Positions 5,873 to 15,125 are shown, counted from the first letter of the stretch. The stretch is 15,125 nucleotides of DNA from Candidatus Rifleibacteriota bacterium (GCA_051747585.1 JBNJGH010000081.1:1-15125); one strand, 5' to 3'. Made by a program: numbers and translations. The notes: generated by a model from the letters alone, not told the origin.

Positions 5873-8026
5873 ATGTTCAAAATACGAAATTATTTTATTT
5901 TGTTTCTGGCTCTTTGTATTGTCGGGCTGCCAATAGTTGCTCAAGCCCAGATCAGAGTTGATTCTGACCGCAGCCTTGAGGCAGATGTGCATGTTACTGT
6001 TCCTGAACTTGGCAAAGTGAATTTTTCCGTAGAAAATCAGGATTTTGTCGGTCTTTTTATGAAGCATTCCCGTTTGCTGGTCGACAAAGGAAAACCCGCA
6101 CTGCCGGTAATGACTGGTTTGGCAATGATATCAACCGACGGAAAACCAAAGTTGACAATTGTTGAAACCAAATTCGAAGAAATACAGCTTAACAGGGCTG
6201 TGGTTCCATCTCGAGGTATTATTCCCCGTAATGTTGATCCGCGCAAAGTTCCTTTTAAAAAAGGCAAAGTTTACAAACAAAACAGATGGTTTCCCTCGAC
6301 CCGTGAAATTGTAAAAATCTCAAATCCCTTTATCTTTCGTGAAGTTCGTGGCTTGAGACTTCAGGTTGCACCGGTTCAATATAACCCGGTGTCAGGCAAG
6401 CTTAGAGTCTATTCTTATATTCGCGCAAAAATACAGTATGACGGAAAAGGCGGCCCTAACGTTCATCGCGGCCGGACAGATTTAACCAGAGCTTATGCGC
6501 CGATTTATCGCAAAGCCTTTTTGAACTTCGCAACAGTACCTAAAAGACTTTCTCCGGTAAATGAAAATGGAAGACTTATTATTCTAGCCGCAGATGACTT
6601 TGTGAACGCAGTAGCTCCACTGGCTACCTGGAAGAAAAAATGCGGAATAAAGACAATTTTGGTGAGTGCTTCTCAAATTGGCGGAGCAACAGAAGACAAT
6701 ATAAAAAACTTTTTAAGGCAGCAGTTTAAAGAAGCAGGATTTTCGCATGTTATTCTGGTTGGCGATGCTGAGCAGATCCCGCCCTGTAAGGGCGAAAACG
6801 AAGGAGCAGACTCTGATCCGGTATATGTAAAACTTGCCGGAGATGATCATGTCCCCGATGCCATTATAAGCCGTATATCTGCAGCTACGCCTGAAAAAGT
6901 TTCTTATCAGGTTGCCAAAATTATCAATTATGAACAGTATCCATCGGAAGGCGAAGATGCCGGTTGGTATACCAGAACTCTCGGCATAGCCAGCAATGAA
7001 GGAAACCCCACAGATTTTGAACGAATGGATGAGCTTAAGGAAGCTTTGTTAAATGCCGGTCGTTATAAAGATTTTTCAACAGTTTATGCTCCTGTGCATT
7101 CATCTGGCGGATCGGGTGGTTATAATGGTTATCCTTATCCCGGTAATTCATATCCAGGTAATAATACTGATTATGATGGAATGGGGGGATTTAACAGCCC
7201 AAATCCTCATTACCCAATGCCCGGGGATTCAATGCCGCCGATGTATTCTGTTGATCGCTCTCGAAACCGAAGCGGTTCTTTGAAGGATCAGGTTTTTGAA
7301 TCTGTTAATTCGGGCGTTTCTTTAATTAACTACATCGGACATGGTTCTTCCAGTAAATGGGTAACTTCCGGTTTCAGCAGCAGTGATTGCAAAAAGCTTA
7401 CCAACGGACTTATGCTTCCTGTAATTCTCAGTGTGGCATGTGTTAATGGAGATTTTGTTGGTAAAGACTCTTTTTGTGAAGCCTGGATGAACGCGGGATC
7501 TATAGACCAGCCTCGTGGTGCTGTTGCCATCTTCGGTTCAACTACCAATCAGTCCTGGGTGCCCCCGTGCAAAGTTCAAACTGAAATTGTAACTGACTTT
7601 ATAATCAATGATTCATATATTACCGTTGGTGGTCTTATGACCAATGGAATTATAAAGGGTCTCGAAATTTATGGTGTAGAAACTCATAGCGAAGGCGTGA
7701 AAATGATGGAGCAGTGGCATCTGTTCGGCGATGGTACTACCATGATGCGCTCCAGGGCTCCATACAGGCCGGTTGCAAAATTTAAAACCGAGTCAATTGA
7801 AGGCGAAAGCCAGGTTATTGCACAAGTACTTGATAAAAATGGTAAACCTGTAAAAGATGCCAGAGTAACTTGTTATAGCCCTGATATGGAACTGATGGCA
7901 ACCTCTCTGGTTAATGACAAAGGTCTTGCCCGGGTAAATATCGGGCTGGTTAAAGGCCAGAGCGCCTATGTTACCGTAATTGGTCCTGATATGGTTCCAA
8001 TCGTAGATAAAGAAATTAAATTCTAA
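5873..8026 (+). CDS. Peptidase family C25 (gingipain R-like) cysteine protease with signal peptide and propeptide
   Basis: 717 aa. Signal peptide, propeptide motifs (GKPALP, REVRG..LQVAPVQYNPV), VILVGDAEQIP, SDPVY and ISRISA. Catalytic NYIGHGS (H490) and SVACVNG (C523) have the 33-residue spacing of RgpB H211/C244. LFGD motif and an Ig-like tail. AAGGTGG RBS. Confidence 0.93.
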   Translation: MFKIRNYFILFLALCIVGLPIVAQAQIRVDSDRSLEADVHVTVPELGKVNFSVENQDFVGLFMKHSRLLVDKGKPALPVMTGLAMISTDGKPKLTIVETKFEEIQLNRAVVPSRGIIPRNVDPRKVPFKKGKVYKQNRWFPSTREIVKISNPFIFREVRGLRLQVAPVQYNPVSGKLRVYSYIRAKIQYDGKGGPNVHRGRTDLTRAYAPIYRKAFLNFATVPKRLSPVNENGRLIILAADDFVNAVAPLATWKKKCGIKTILVSASQIGGATEDNIKNFLRQQFKEAGFSHVILVGDAEQIPPCKGENEGADSDPVYVKLAGDDHVPDAIISRISAATPEKVSYQVAKIINYEQYPSEGEDAGWYTRTLGIASNEGNPTDFERMDELKEALLNAGRYKDFSTVYAPVHSSGGSGGYNGYPYPGNSYPGNNTDYDGMGGFNSPNPHYPMPGDSMPPMYSVDRSRNRSGSLKDQVFESVNSGVSLINYIGHGSSSKWVTSGFSSSDCKKLTNGLMLPVILSVACVNGDFVGKDSFCEAWMNAGSIDQPRGAVAIFGSTTNQSWVPPCKVQTEIVTDFIINDSYITVGGLMTNGIIKGLEIYGVETHSEGVKMMEQWHLFGDGTTMMRSRAPYRPVAKFKTESIEGESQVIAQVLDKNGKPVKDARVTCYSPDMELMATSLVNDKGLARVNIGLVKGQSAYVTVIGPDMVPIVDKEIKF

Positions 8027-8041
8027 AAATTTCTGAACCTT

Positions 8042-8074
8042 AAAGAGCTGTCTCACCAGGAGGCAGCTCTTTTT
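8042..8074 (+). terminator. Rho-independent terminator after the C25 peptidase gene
   Basis: AAAGAGCTGTCTC-accag-GAGGCAGCTCTTT stem with one U-G pair, running into a T-tract. Confidence 0.85.
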
Positions 8075-8152
8075 ATTTAACCTGTTTTAATAACTTGCGG
8101 TTTGTCTGTTAATAGTGATATTTTACAGGCAATTTCATGCGGAGTTGCAGAT

Positions 8153-9118
8153 ATGACCACAACAATTTTAAAATCAGCCAGAAAAGCGTTAGAAGCTGAA
8201 ATAGAAGCTATCAAGAGCGCTCAAAAACGTCTGGGCGACGAATTTATCGATGCAGTAGACCTTATATTAAGTGCTTCCGGTCGTCTTGTCGTATGCGGCA
8301 TGGGAAAGTCAGGTTTGGTAGGAAAAAAAATCTCGGCAACTCTCAGCAGCACCGGCACTCCTTCCTTCTTTCTTCATCCTGCAGAAGCTCTGCATGGCGA
8401 TCTCGGTATGGTTACCGACCAGGACGTGGTTCTTTTGCTGTCAAACTCCGGCGAAACCGATGAAATTGTAAGGCTTATACCTTTTTTGCGAAGAATTGGA
8501 GCTCGACTAATTGCAATGGTTGGCAAAAAGGATTCTTCATTGGCTCGCATGTCAGACGTAGTAATTGATTGCGGCGTAGAACACGAGGCCTGCCCTATGG
8601 ATCTAGCGCCGACCAGCTCCACTACAGTAACTATGGCACTCGGAGATGCCGTTGCCGTGGCTCTTATAGAAGCTCGTGGTTTTAAAGAAAAAGATTTTGC
8701 TCGACTTCATCCATCAGGCAGTCTTGGGCGCAAATTTTTAACTGTAGCTGATTTAATGCACACCTCAAATGAAATTCCCTTTGCTGCTCCCGATATTAAG
8801 CTTGCAGATGCAGTGGTTGAAATGTCGCGCGGAGGTTTTGGTGCTCTGGTAATTGCTGATGAAAGCCGTAAATTATCAGGTGTATTTACAGATGGCGATT
8901 TGCGTAGGTTTTTTGAAAAGGGTTCCAGTCGGAATTTTGAGGCACCCATAAGCGAGGTAATGACCAGAAATCCTGCAGGCATTGCACCCGATCGCCTTGC
9001 CATGGAAGCTCTGAAACTCATGGAAGATAAATCTATTACTTCTTTGCCTGTATTAAAAGGTGAAGTTGTGGTTGGTTTTGTTCACCTGCATGATATACTT
9101 CGCGCCAGACTCGTATAA
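8153..9118 (+). CDS. kdsD: D-arabinose 5-phosphate isomerase, KpsF/GutQ family (SIS + 2 CBS domains)
   Basis: Motifs GMGKSG, ATLSSTGTPSFFLHPAEALHGDLG, SNSGET, EACP..LAPTSST, HPSGSLG and GVFTDGDLRR. ATG 8153 follows GGAG (8141-8144) and is preferred over TTG 8102. Confidence 0.95.
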   Translation: MTTTILKSARKALEAEIEAIKSAQKRLGDEFIDAVDLILSASGRLVVCGMGKSGLVGKKISATLSSTGTPSFFLHPAEALHGDLGMVTDQDVVLLLSNSGETDEIVRLIPFLRRIGARLIAMVGKKDSSLARMSDVVIDCGVEHEACPMDLAPTSSTTVTMALGDAVAVALIEARGFKEKDFARLHPSGSLGRKFLTVADLMHTSNEIPFAAPDIKLADAVVEMSRGGFGALVIADESRKLSGVFTDGDLRRFFEKGSSRNFEAPISEVMTRNPAGIAPDRLAMEALKLMEDKSITSLPVLKGEVVVGFVHLHDILRARLV

Positions 9119-9130
9119 AACAATATAAAG

Positions 9131-9177
9131 AAACCCGGCTTCAGATTTTTTTATTAGAAACTGAAACCGGGTTTTTT
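9131..9177. terminator. Probable bidirectional terminator between convergent kdsD and OTCase genes
   Basis: AAACCCGGCTTCAG ... CTGAAACCGGGTTT inverted repeat, with an A-rich left flank and a T-tract on the right. Confidence 0.75.
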
Positions 9178-9195
9178 ATGCTTTAAATAAAGACG

Positions 9196-10176
9196 CTATT
9201 TTACGCCCATAGTGGCTACCATTACCGCTTTAATGGTATGTAGACGATTTTCTGCCTGATCAAATACCTTTGAGTATTTGCTTTCGAATACTTCATCGGT
9301 GACTTCCATTGCACCGGTGTCTTTTGACATTATTGTTTCGTCGTTATGGAAAGCTGGCAGACAATGCAGGAAAATCGGGTTGTCTTTGCCGGTCTTTTTT
9401 ATCATTTCCATGTTTACCTGATAAGGCTTGAGTAGTCTAATTCTTTCTTCCATTTCTGCTTCTTCGCCCATGCTAGCCCAAACGTCGGTATAAATTACAT
9501 CAACGTCTTTTATTCCTTCATCTACAGAATCAGTTACCACTATTTTTCCGCCGGTTTCTTTGGCGATAATTTCTACATCTCTAACCAGTTCCTGTTCAGG
9601 AAACAGAGATTTTGGTGAAATAATTCTGCATTCAAGGCCCATTTTGGCGCAGCCAATCATCAGAGAGTTAGCCATGTTGTTGCGGCCATCGCCGACGTAT
9701 GCAAAGGTAATTCCTTTTAAGGTGTTAAAGTTTTCCTGAATGGTTAGCAGGTCAGCCAGAACCTGAGTCGGGTGATACTGATCAGTCAGGCCGTTCCATA
9801 CTGGAACTCCGGCGTGTTCTGCAAGTCCTTGAACTGTTTCGTGCTTGAAGCCGCGAAACTGAATGCCGTCAAACATTCGCCCGAGAACTCTTGCGGTATC
9901 TTTTACAGTTTCTTTTTTGCCAAGCTGGATGTCATTTTTACCCAGATATTCAGGATGCGCGCCTTCATCAGCGCAAGCAACTACAAAAGCACATCTGGTT
10001 CTGGTTGAAGGCTTTTCAAAAATAAGGGCAACATTTTTGCCTTCAAGGTTTCTTGGCTTGATGCCTGCATATTTTAGTCTTTTCAGGTCAGCTGAAAGCT
10101 GTAATAAATAACTGATTTCATCAGGAGTAAAATCTTTGAGAGTTAAAAGGTTACGTCCGGTAAGATTAAATGCCAT
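9196..10176 (-). CDS. argF: Ornithine carbamoyltransferase
   Basis: FEKPSTRTR carbamoyl-phosphate motif, [20 protein letters not shown] and QAENRLH. ATG 10176 (MAFNL) follows GGAAAGGA. Anabolic (argF) versus catabolic (arcB) role cannot be settled from sequence. Confidence 0.96.
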   Translation of the reverse strand: MAFNLTGRNLLTLKDFTPDEISYLLQLSADLKRLKYAGIKPRNLEGKNVALIFEKPSTRTRCAFVVACADEGAHPEYLGKNDIQLGKKETVKDTARVLGRMFDGIQFRGFKHETVQGLAEHAGVPVWNGLTDQYHPTQVLADLLTIQENFNTLKGITFAYVGDGRNNMANSLMIGCAKMGLECRIISPKSLFPEQELVRDVEIIAKETGGKIVVTDSVDEGIKDVDVIYTDVWASMGEEAEMEERIRLLKPYQVNMEMIKKTGKDNPIFLHCLPAFHNDETIMSKDTGAMEVTDEVFESKYSKVFDQAENRLHTIKAVMVATMGVK

Positions 10177-10227
10177 ATTGTAATTTCCTTTCCCAGTTGT
10201 CAGAATAATAGTCTTCAATGTGCTAAA

Positions 10228-10256
10228 TTAATATCACTGCTTTGCTTATAATGCAA
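10228..10256 (-). promoter_or_regulatory. Putative sigma70 promoter of the OTCase gene
   Basis: On the minus strand: TTGCAT (10256-10251), 17-bp spacer ending in TGA, then TATTAA (10233-10228). Confidence 0.5.
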
Positions 10257-10265
10257 CTGCTCTAA

Positions 10266-10634
10266 CAAGTAATTCTCAGTCAGCGATTATCAGTTCTTTT
10301 CAGAAAAGAAAATTCCTCACACCAAGTCTCAAAGCCACAAAGAAAATAACCACAGAGCGCACAGAGAACACAGAGAGTTTTTTCAGCCATTGTTTCCTTC
10401 TTCAGCAAGCCTTCAGAAAAGCACTCGTGTTTTTCTGAAGGCTTGCTGAAGAAGGGAAAGCCGGGCGGTGAAACCGCCGGCTATTTGTCCACAGGACAAA
10501 TCCTGGCTGAAAAAGATTAAAAAATCAACTCTGTGCTCTCGGTGGCCTCAGTGGTTTAAATTCTAAATTTGACAGAAAGAAATAAAACCAGAACATTTTG
10601 TAACCAGCTAATAATGATTGACCAAGAATTCCTG
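10266..10634. repeat. ~365 bp highly structured dispersed repeat (MITE-like or structured ncRNA), copy 2
   Basis: Direct-orientation copy of 5287-5655 with offset 4980. Same terminal inverted repeats and nested stems. Confidence 0.92.
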
Positions 10635-10678
10635 CTTATCTAATTTTTTACAGTCTTGTTTTGTAGTCACTGTTTTTT

Positions 10679-13600
10679 TTAAGTGGTTTGGATTACTTCG
10701 TTGCATAGCACGGCAAAGCCACAAGTATCGCAGGTGCTTTCGTCGCCCGGTAGCCAGCTGTTATCCTTTCTGATCTGCTCGACGGTTTGTATTGCCCTTT
10801 TTTCAAAATCAATCAGATCTGCTTTGAGGTCGACAATTTCCAGTTTGACGGGATTTATATAGGCGATACTTGCCCGGGGAAAGTTCAAACATCCGATTTG
10901 TCCCAGCACTCCGCGTTGCGCAGCAATTAGATAAAGGGCAAGCTGATCTGCATAGCTTTGATGAGCTTTTTCATCAAAAGTTCTGGTTTTGAAATCGATT
11001 ATGTTTATGCCTTCGTCATTATTATCAACCCTGTCGGCAAAGCCTCTCAAATAAAAAGATCCGGAAGGAGCGTTGAACTTGAGGTTAACTTCTGCCTCTG
11101 TCATCCATGGTTTAATGCTTGAAAGCTTTGATTGAAGGTAACTGTCGATCAATCTTTCAACCCTTGGCTTTACTTCTTCCCCTTCTTTCTGGTGTAACTG
11201 GCAGAGATCGTCTAAGATTGCCTGAGTAAAACGTTGTTTTTCGCTGAAATTCTGCAGTTCATGTCCGTTGCGATTATGAAAAATTCTGACTGATTCATGA
11301 AATATGGTTCCGGCAAGGGCAAACAAATTAGGCTCAGACTCGCGAAATGTACTTATATGCCTGCTGAGGAAGAAATATTTGCGCGGACAATTTCGGTATA
11401 TACTTAAATCCTGGAGTGAGAAAATATCGCTGAGACTTTGTTGCTCAGTCTTGCCGTCTTCGTTTTTTATTGATAAAAATGAGGCAAAAGCTTCAAGTTC
11501 AGACTTGATTTCGGTTAAGTCGTTTGTCTTTGTTTCTTCGATAATTTCCGGTTCTGATTCTATTGCTCCTGCTTCAAGCCATTTTTTTACTATTTCGGGC
11601 CAGGTATCGAGGCTGGTGATTTTTCCTAGTTCTGGCTTATTGCTGAGTATATCGCGGATCTCTGCCAAAGGTTCATTTGAAGCTTTTTCTTTGTCTTCGG
11701 GTTCAAAGCTTCTGCTTTCCTGTCCAGAGGTGATTAAAATATCCTGAGCGCGGGTAAAGGCGACATAAAGTTTTCTTCTGCTTTCTCTTTCTTCTGCTTC
11801 CTGTTCGCCTTCAACATACTGCTTTAAATTTTCGCTATAAGCCTCTTTGCCCTTTTTGTCAGGGTCTTTGACCATCAGGCCATACTGTCGGTCAAAGAAA
11901 ATGCGATTTCTTACTCTAAATTTCTGCGCTTTCAAGAAAGGACAGATTACAATTGGAAACTCCAGGCCTTTCGATTTATGAATAGTCATAATTTTGACGG
12001 CATCGCCCTCTTCTAGCCCTAACCCTGCCTCGTCTTCGTCGATTCCTGAAAGCAATATTTTTTCGATATATTGGAGGAAGTCTCTTAACGAAGTAAAAAT
12101 GCCCTTTTGCTCAAAATTGCGCACAATAGCAAGAAACTTGCTGAGGTTGTTTTCCATTCTTCGTCTTTTAATTTCAGAATTCTGGGTTGCAGCGTATTCT
12201 AGAAAGCCTGCCTGCTCAAGAATAGTGTGACAAAGCTCAAGCAGGCTGCTTTTGGCACTTTTATTTTTTAGAATTACATAAAGTTTTCTGAATTCGACTG
12301 CTGCAGACGGGAGCTCCTGCTTTGGACTTGCAAGAATATGAGGTAGTAAAGCTACTTTCTCGTTTCTGCCTTTAAGCGAAAGGGCTGCTAAATCAGAGTC
12401 ATTTAATCCATAAAGCGGGCCGGTAAGAATTTTTACCAGAGAAAAATCGTCTTCAGGCATTACAATTAACTTTAGAAAAGCCAGAATTTCTTCTATTTCG
12501 CTTCGGGCATAAAAGCTGAAGCCGCCTGACATAATGTAAGGAATTTTTTCTTCGGCAAGGCTGTCTTCAAATGACCTGGGCAAAGATTTTACACTACTGA
12601 GAATAATAGCAATATCGCCAGCCTGAACCCTGCGCTTTTCGTCATTGCTTTTGATACTCATGCCTGAGGTAATAAGGCTTTTAATAAACGCTGCCAGCTC
12701 TTTGCAGACGTCTTCTTCATTCTTCTCGTCGGGGGTGGTGAGACAAAGAACAGCGGGCTTCCTGGGTGACTCGCCTCGGCGGGCTGTTTGAGGCACGGAT
12801 AATTTACCACCGGGGAATTTAAGAGCGAGAAAGCTGTCGGCAAAATCAAGTATTTCACAATAGGATCTGAAATTATCAGTAAGAACAATGTCGGTGTCAC
12901 TTTTAAAATTTTTAAAAGTCGATATGTCTGCACCCTGAAAGCGGTAGATGCTTTGTTTTTCGTCGCCGACAACAGAGATGTGGCCGTCTGGCCGGTCTAA
13001 GAAGAGGTTTACAATGCCCAGCTGGTCCGGGTTGTTATCTTGAAATTCATCGATTAGAAAGGTTTTGGCAGCAGGAAATTCATTGGCTTCTACCATTTCC
13101 TTTACCAATGAACGGCCTCTGATAAGTATTTCGTCGAAATCGAGCAGATTTCGTTTGCGTAATTCTTCGAGAAAATATGTTGAAAAGCGAAACAGCCATT
13201 CGAGTGTGTTTTTTTCGATGTCATCAACCGGGGCTGATCTTTGTTTAAAAGCCGCTCGTGCGTGCTGATAAAATTCACCGGGAGTCAAAAGGTAGCGCCT
13301 GATTTTACCCAATGCATCAGGGAACTCGTTTATCAAGCGATCAGCTACAGAAGCGCCAAGTTTTTCGGAGCCATCTATGATTTCCTGACCGTGTAATCTG
13401 GCAAATTTTTCTTTTAGTTCGGCAAGTATGAGTTTGCGTTCATTTTCGGGAACAACTGTGTCTGACCTGTCTATGCCGGCGCCAAAGGGATCTTTTTTGA
13501 GAAGGTCGGCCAAAAATGCATGAAATGTGGCTACCTTCATTTCGCGCAAAATGGCGGGCGAGATTTTGCGCCTTTGAACCAGCCTTGTTTTCATTTCTCC

Positions 13601-13822
13601 GGCCGCTTTTTGGGTATAGGTAATTGCTACCAGTTCTTCGGGCTTTATGCCTTTTTCCAGCAAAGCTGCAATTCTTCTGGTCAAAACTTCCGTTTTTCCC
13701 GAACCTGCTCCGGCTGATATTCTTAATCTACCTTCGGGATCGCAGGTTACGGCACTTACCTGTTCGCTGGTAAGTCCACTTAGCAGATTGGAGCTGATTT
13801 TATTGTTTTTGTTGTTGTTCAT
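10679..13822 (-). CDS. UvrD/SF1 ATP-dependent helicase fused to a C-terminal PD-(D/E)XK (RecB-like) nuclease; AdnB/AddA-like
   Basis: 1047 aa. Walker A AGAGSGKT, DEFQD, VGDEKQSIYRFQGA, NFRS, MTIHKSKGLEF and LYVAFTRA. Nuclease motifs GFADRVD, IIDFKT and QLALY. Cys pattern CPRKY ... CDTCGFAVLC. Confidence 0.93.
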   Translation of the reverse strand: MNNNKNNKISSNLLSGLTSEQVSAVTCDPEGRLRISAGAGSGKTEVLTRRIAALLEKGIKPEELVAITYTQKAAGEMKTRLVQRRKISPAILREMKVATFHAFLADLLKKDPFGAGIDRSDTVVPENERKLILAELKEKFARLHGQEIIDGSEKLGASVADRLINEFPDALGKIRRYLLTPGEFYQHARAAFKQRSAPVDDIEKNTLEWLFRFSTYFLEELRKRNLLDFDEILIRGRSLVKEMVEANEFPAAKTFLIDEFQDNNPDQLGIVNLFLDRPDGHISVVGDEKQSIYRFQGADISTFKNFKSDTDIVLTDNFRSYCEILDFADSFLALKFPGGKLSVPQTARRGESPRKPAVLCLTTPDEKNEEDVCKELAAFIKSLITSGMSIKSNDEKRRVQAGDIAIILSSVKSLPRSFEDSLAEEKIPYIMSGGFSFYARSEIEEILAFLKLIVMPEDDFSLVKILTGPLYGLNDSDLAALSLKGRNEKVALLPHILASPKQELPSAAVEFRKLYVILKNKSAKSSLLELCHTILEQAGFLEYAATQNSEIKRRRMENNLSKFLAIVRNFEQKGIFTSLRDFLQYIEKILLSGIDEDEAGLGLEEGDAVKIMTIHKSKGLEFPIVICPFLKAQKFRVRNRIFFDRQYGLMVKDPDKKGKEAYSENLKQYVEGEQEAEERESRRKLYVAFTRAQDILITSGQESRSFEPEDKEKASNEPLAEIRDILSNKPELGKITSLDTWPEIVKKWLEAGAIESEPEIIEETKTNDLTEIKSELEAFASFLSIKNEDGKTEQQSLSDIFSLQDLSIYRNCPRKYFFLSRHISTFRESEPNLFALAGTIFHESVRIFHNRNGHELQNFSEKQRFTQAILDDLCQLHQKEGEEVKPRVERLIDSYLQSKLSSIKPWMTEAEVNLKFNAPSGSFYLRGFADRVDNNDEGINIIDFKTRTFDEKAHQSYADQLALYLIAAQRGVLGQIGCLNFPRASIAYINPVKLEIVDLKADLIDFEKRAIQTVEQIRKDNSWLPGDESTCDTCGFAVLCNEVIQTT

Positions 13823-15125
13823 CTTTGTTTTTCAAGATTTTCCTGGCAGAATGTATAAAACTCACATCTGGGTTTTCGGTCACGGTCAAAATTCAGACAG
13901 GACATTGCTTCAGAATCATTTGAAGGGCGACACATAAAACACCGATCTGTTTTGATTTCATTTAAAATTTGTATTATTCGATCGGTGAACCTGTTAAAAT
14001 CATTTTCAGATACCTCTATGCCGTATTCGGGCCCGCATCCGGCGTTTAAGGCAGCACTGCGCAAAAATCCTGCAGACATTTGTTTGAATTTCCTTTTGTA
14101 TAATCCCTGTCTGACATAAAGTAAAATTGCGCCTGCGTTTTTGTATCCCATTGCTCTACAGGCCATCAGGTAAAGAGGTAATTGTATTTCTCTGGGGTCA
14201 CCGGTTTCGGGAAAGGCTTTTTCGAACGCTTTTTCCGAGCTGGCCGGTGAAGATTTGCTTGTTTTGTAATCAACTACCAGAACCGAATTATCCTGTTGAA
14301 CCAGTCGATCAAATCTGCCTCTGAATTTAAAGCCCGAAAAAGTGAAATTAAAACCCTTTTCAACTCCCACAGTGCTGCGTGGAGGTAATTGGTAATTATT
14401 GTAAATGGCTGTAATGTAATCTGGTAGCGTTTGTTTTATACTTTCTATTTCCTGATGCCTTTTAAAGAAATCCAGATCATTTAGAACCGGTATGCAATGT
14501 TGTTCGAATAAAGCATCGAGCTCGTGTTCTTCGGGCAGTTTCCCTTTTTCCCAGATGCTACCGGGGCGATGTAGCTCTTCAAGCAGTGCGTGAAAAGCGT
14601 TGCCGGTTTTGAACCAGCTTTGTTGCTCAAGCAATGGGTTGCGTATTTTAAGAATGTTCAGGAAATAAAACCGTCTGGGGCAGTCGATGTAATTTTTAAT
14701 CGAGCTGGCAGAAAAAACAAAATCTTCAGGCAGTTTTACTTCATCGATAGAGGCCTTTTTAAAGCTTCTGGGCCGTATTCCATGAGCTGAAAAATTTTCG
14801 TCTATAAGATTGTCGAATCCTTTTATTTCCGGTTCCAGTTCTTCGAGTTCGTTTTCGGCTAAATTTGCAAGGCAGGTGCGAAATTCGCTTAAATTGAGGG
14901 GTCTTTGATCGGTGGTAAGGTCTTGAGCAATAAGTTGTAATTCTTTAAGGTATGGTGCCGGCATTGTCGGGTCTGTTCCCTGTTTGAGCGGATAGGATAA
15001 GATTAAGCCTTCTTCTGCTCTGGTTATAGCGACAAAAAACAATCTTCTTTCTTCTTCGAGGTGATCTTCGTGATTAAGAGGGTATGGGTTAAAAAATCTG
15101 GTCTGACGGTTTTGTTTGTCAAATA
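13819..15125 (-). CDS. C-terminal part of a second UvrD-like helicase/PD-(D/E)XK nuclease (AdnA-like); 5' end outside the window
   Basis: The frame stays open to the window edge and reads LEEERRLFFVAITRA (helicase motif VI). Nuclease motifs SASSIKNYIDCPRRFY, GRFDRL, VVDYKT and QLPLY. Stop codon overlaps the next start (ATGA, 13819-13822). Confidence 0.9.
   Translation of the reverse strand, partial: FDKQNRQTRFFNPYPLNHEDHLEEERRLFFVAITRAEEGLILSYPLKQGTDPTMPAPYLKELQLIAQDLTTDQRPLNLSEFRTCLANLAENELEELEPEIKGFDNLIDENFSAHGIRPRSFKKASIDEVKLPEDFVFSASSIKNYIDCPRRFYFLNILKIRNPLLEQQSWFKTGNAFHALLEELHRPGSIWEKGKLPEEHELDALFEQHCIPVLNDLDFFKRHQEIESIKQTLPDYITAIYNNYQLPPRSTVGVEKGFNFTFSGFKFRGRFDRLVQQDNSVLVVDYKTSKSSPASSEKAFEKAFPETGDPREIQLPLYLMACRAMGYKNAGAILLYVRQGLYKRKFKQMSAGFLRSAALNAGCGPEYGIEVSENDFNRFTDRIIQILNEIKTDRCFMCRPSNDSEAMSCLNFDRDRKPRCEFYTFCQENLEKQR

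Noticed and set aside
10242..10256. TTGCTTATAATGCAA as an ArgR (ARG) box upstream of the OTCase gene
   Set aside because: The TG...CA span is one base shorter than the ARG consensus and there is no tandem second box. It overlaps the -35, so another operator cannot be excluded.
13800..13822. AAC repeats at the helicase start (MNNNKNNK) as a phase-variation tract
   Set aside because: Only three trinucleotide units, and slippage would keep the frame.
15040..15042. TTG at 15042 as the start of a 407-aa protein
   Set aside because: The codon lies within helicase motif VI and the frame is open to the window edge, so the gene is truncated by the window.

Overview
AT-rich (low-40s % GC by eye) bacterial chromosomal window with eight protein-coding genes: a long KamA-family radical SAM aminomutase carrying glutamate 2,3-aminomutase-type specificity residues, a secreted plant-type GH13_6 alpha-amylase, a HEAT-repeat membrane protein, an Arg-gingipain-like C25 cysteine peptidase, kdsD, an ornithine carbamoyltransferase, and two coupled UvrD-helicase/PD-(D/E)XK-nuclease genes of AdnAB type (the upstream one is cut by the window edge). 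The most unusual material is non-coding. A ~365 bp element occurs twice in direct orientation, 4,980 bp apart (5287-5655 and 10266-10634). It has imperfect terminal inverted repeats enclosing a CACAGAG-repeat stem, which in turn encloses a compact four-way junction with a 31-bp hairpin. Both copies sit just upstream of the -35 box of a leftward promoter. Several GTCATT-type REP-like palindromes are also present. I see no rRNA, tRNA, CRISPR array or transposase. All calls come from reading motifs by eye; no searches were run.
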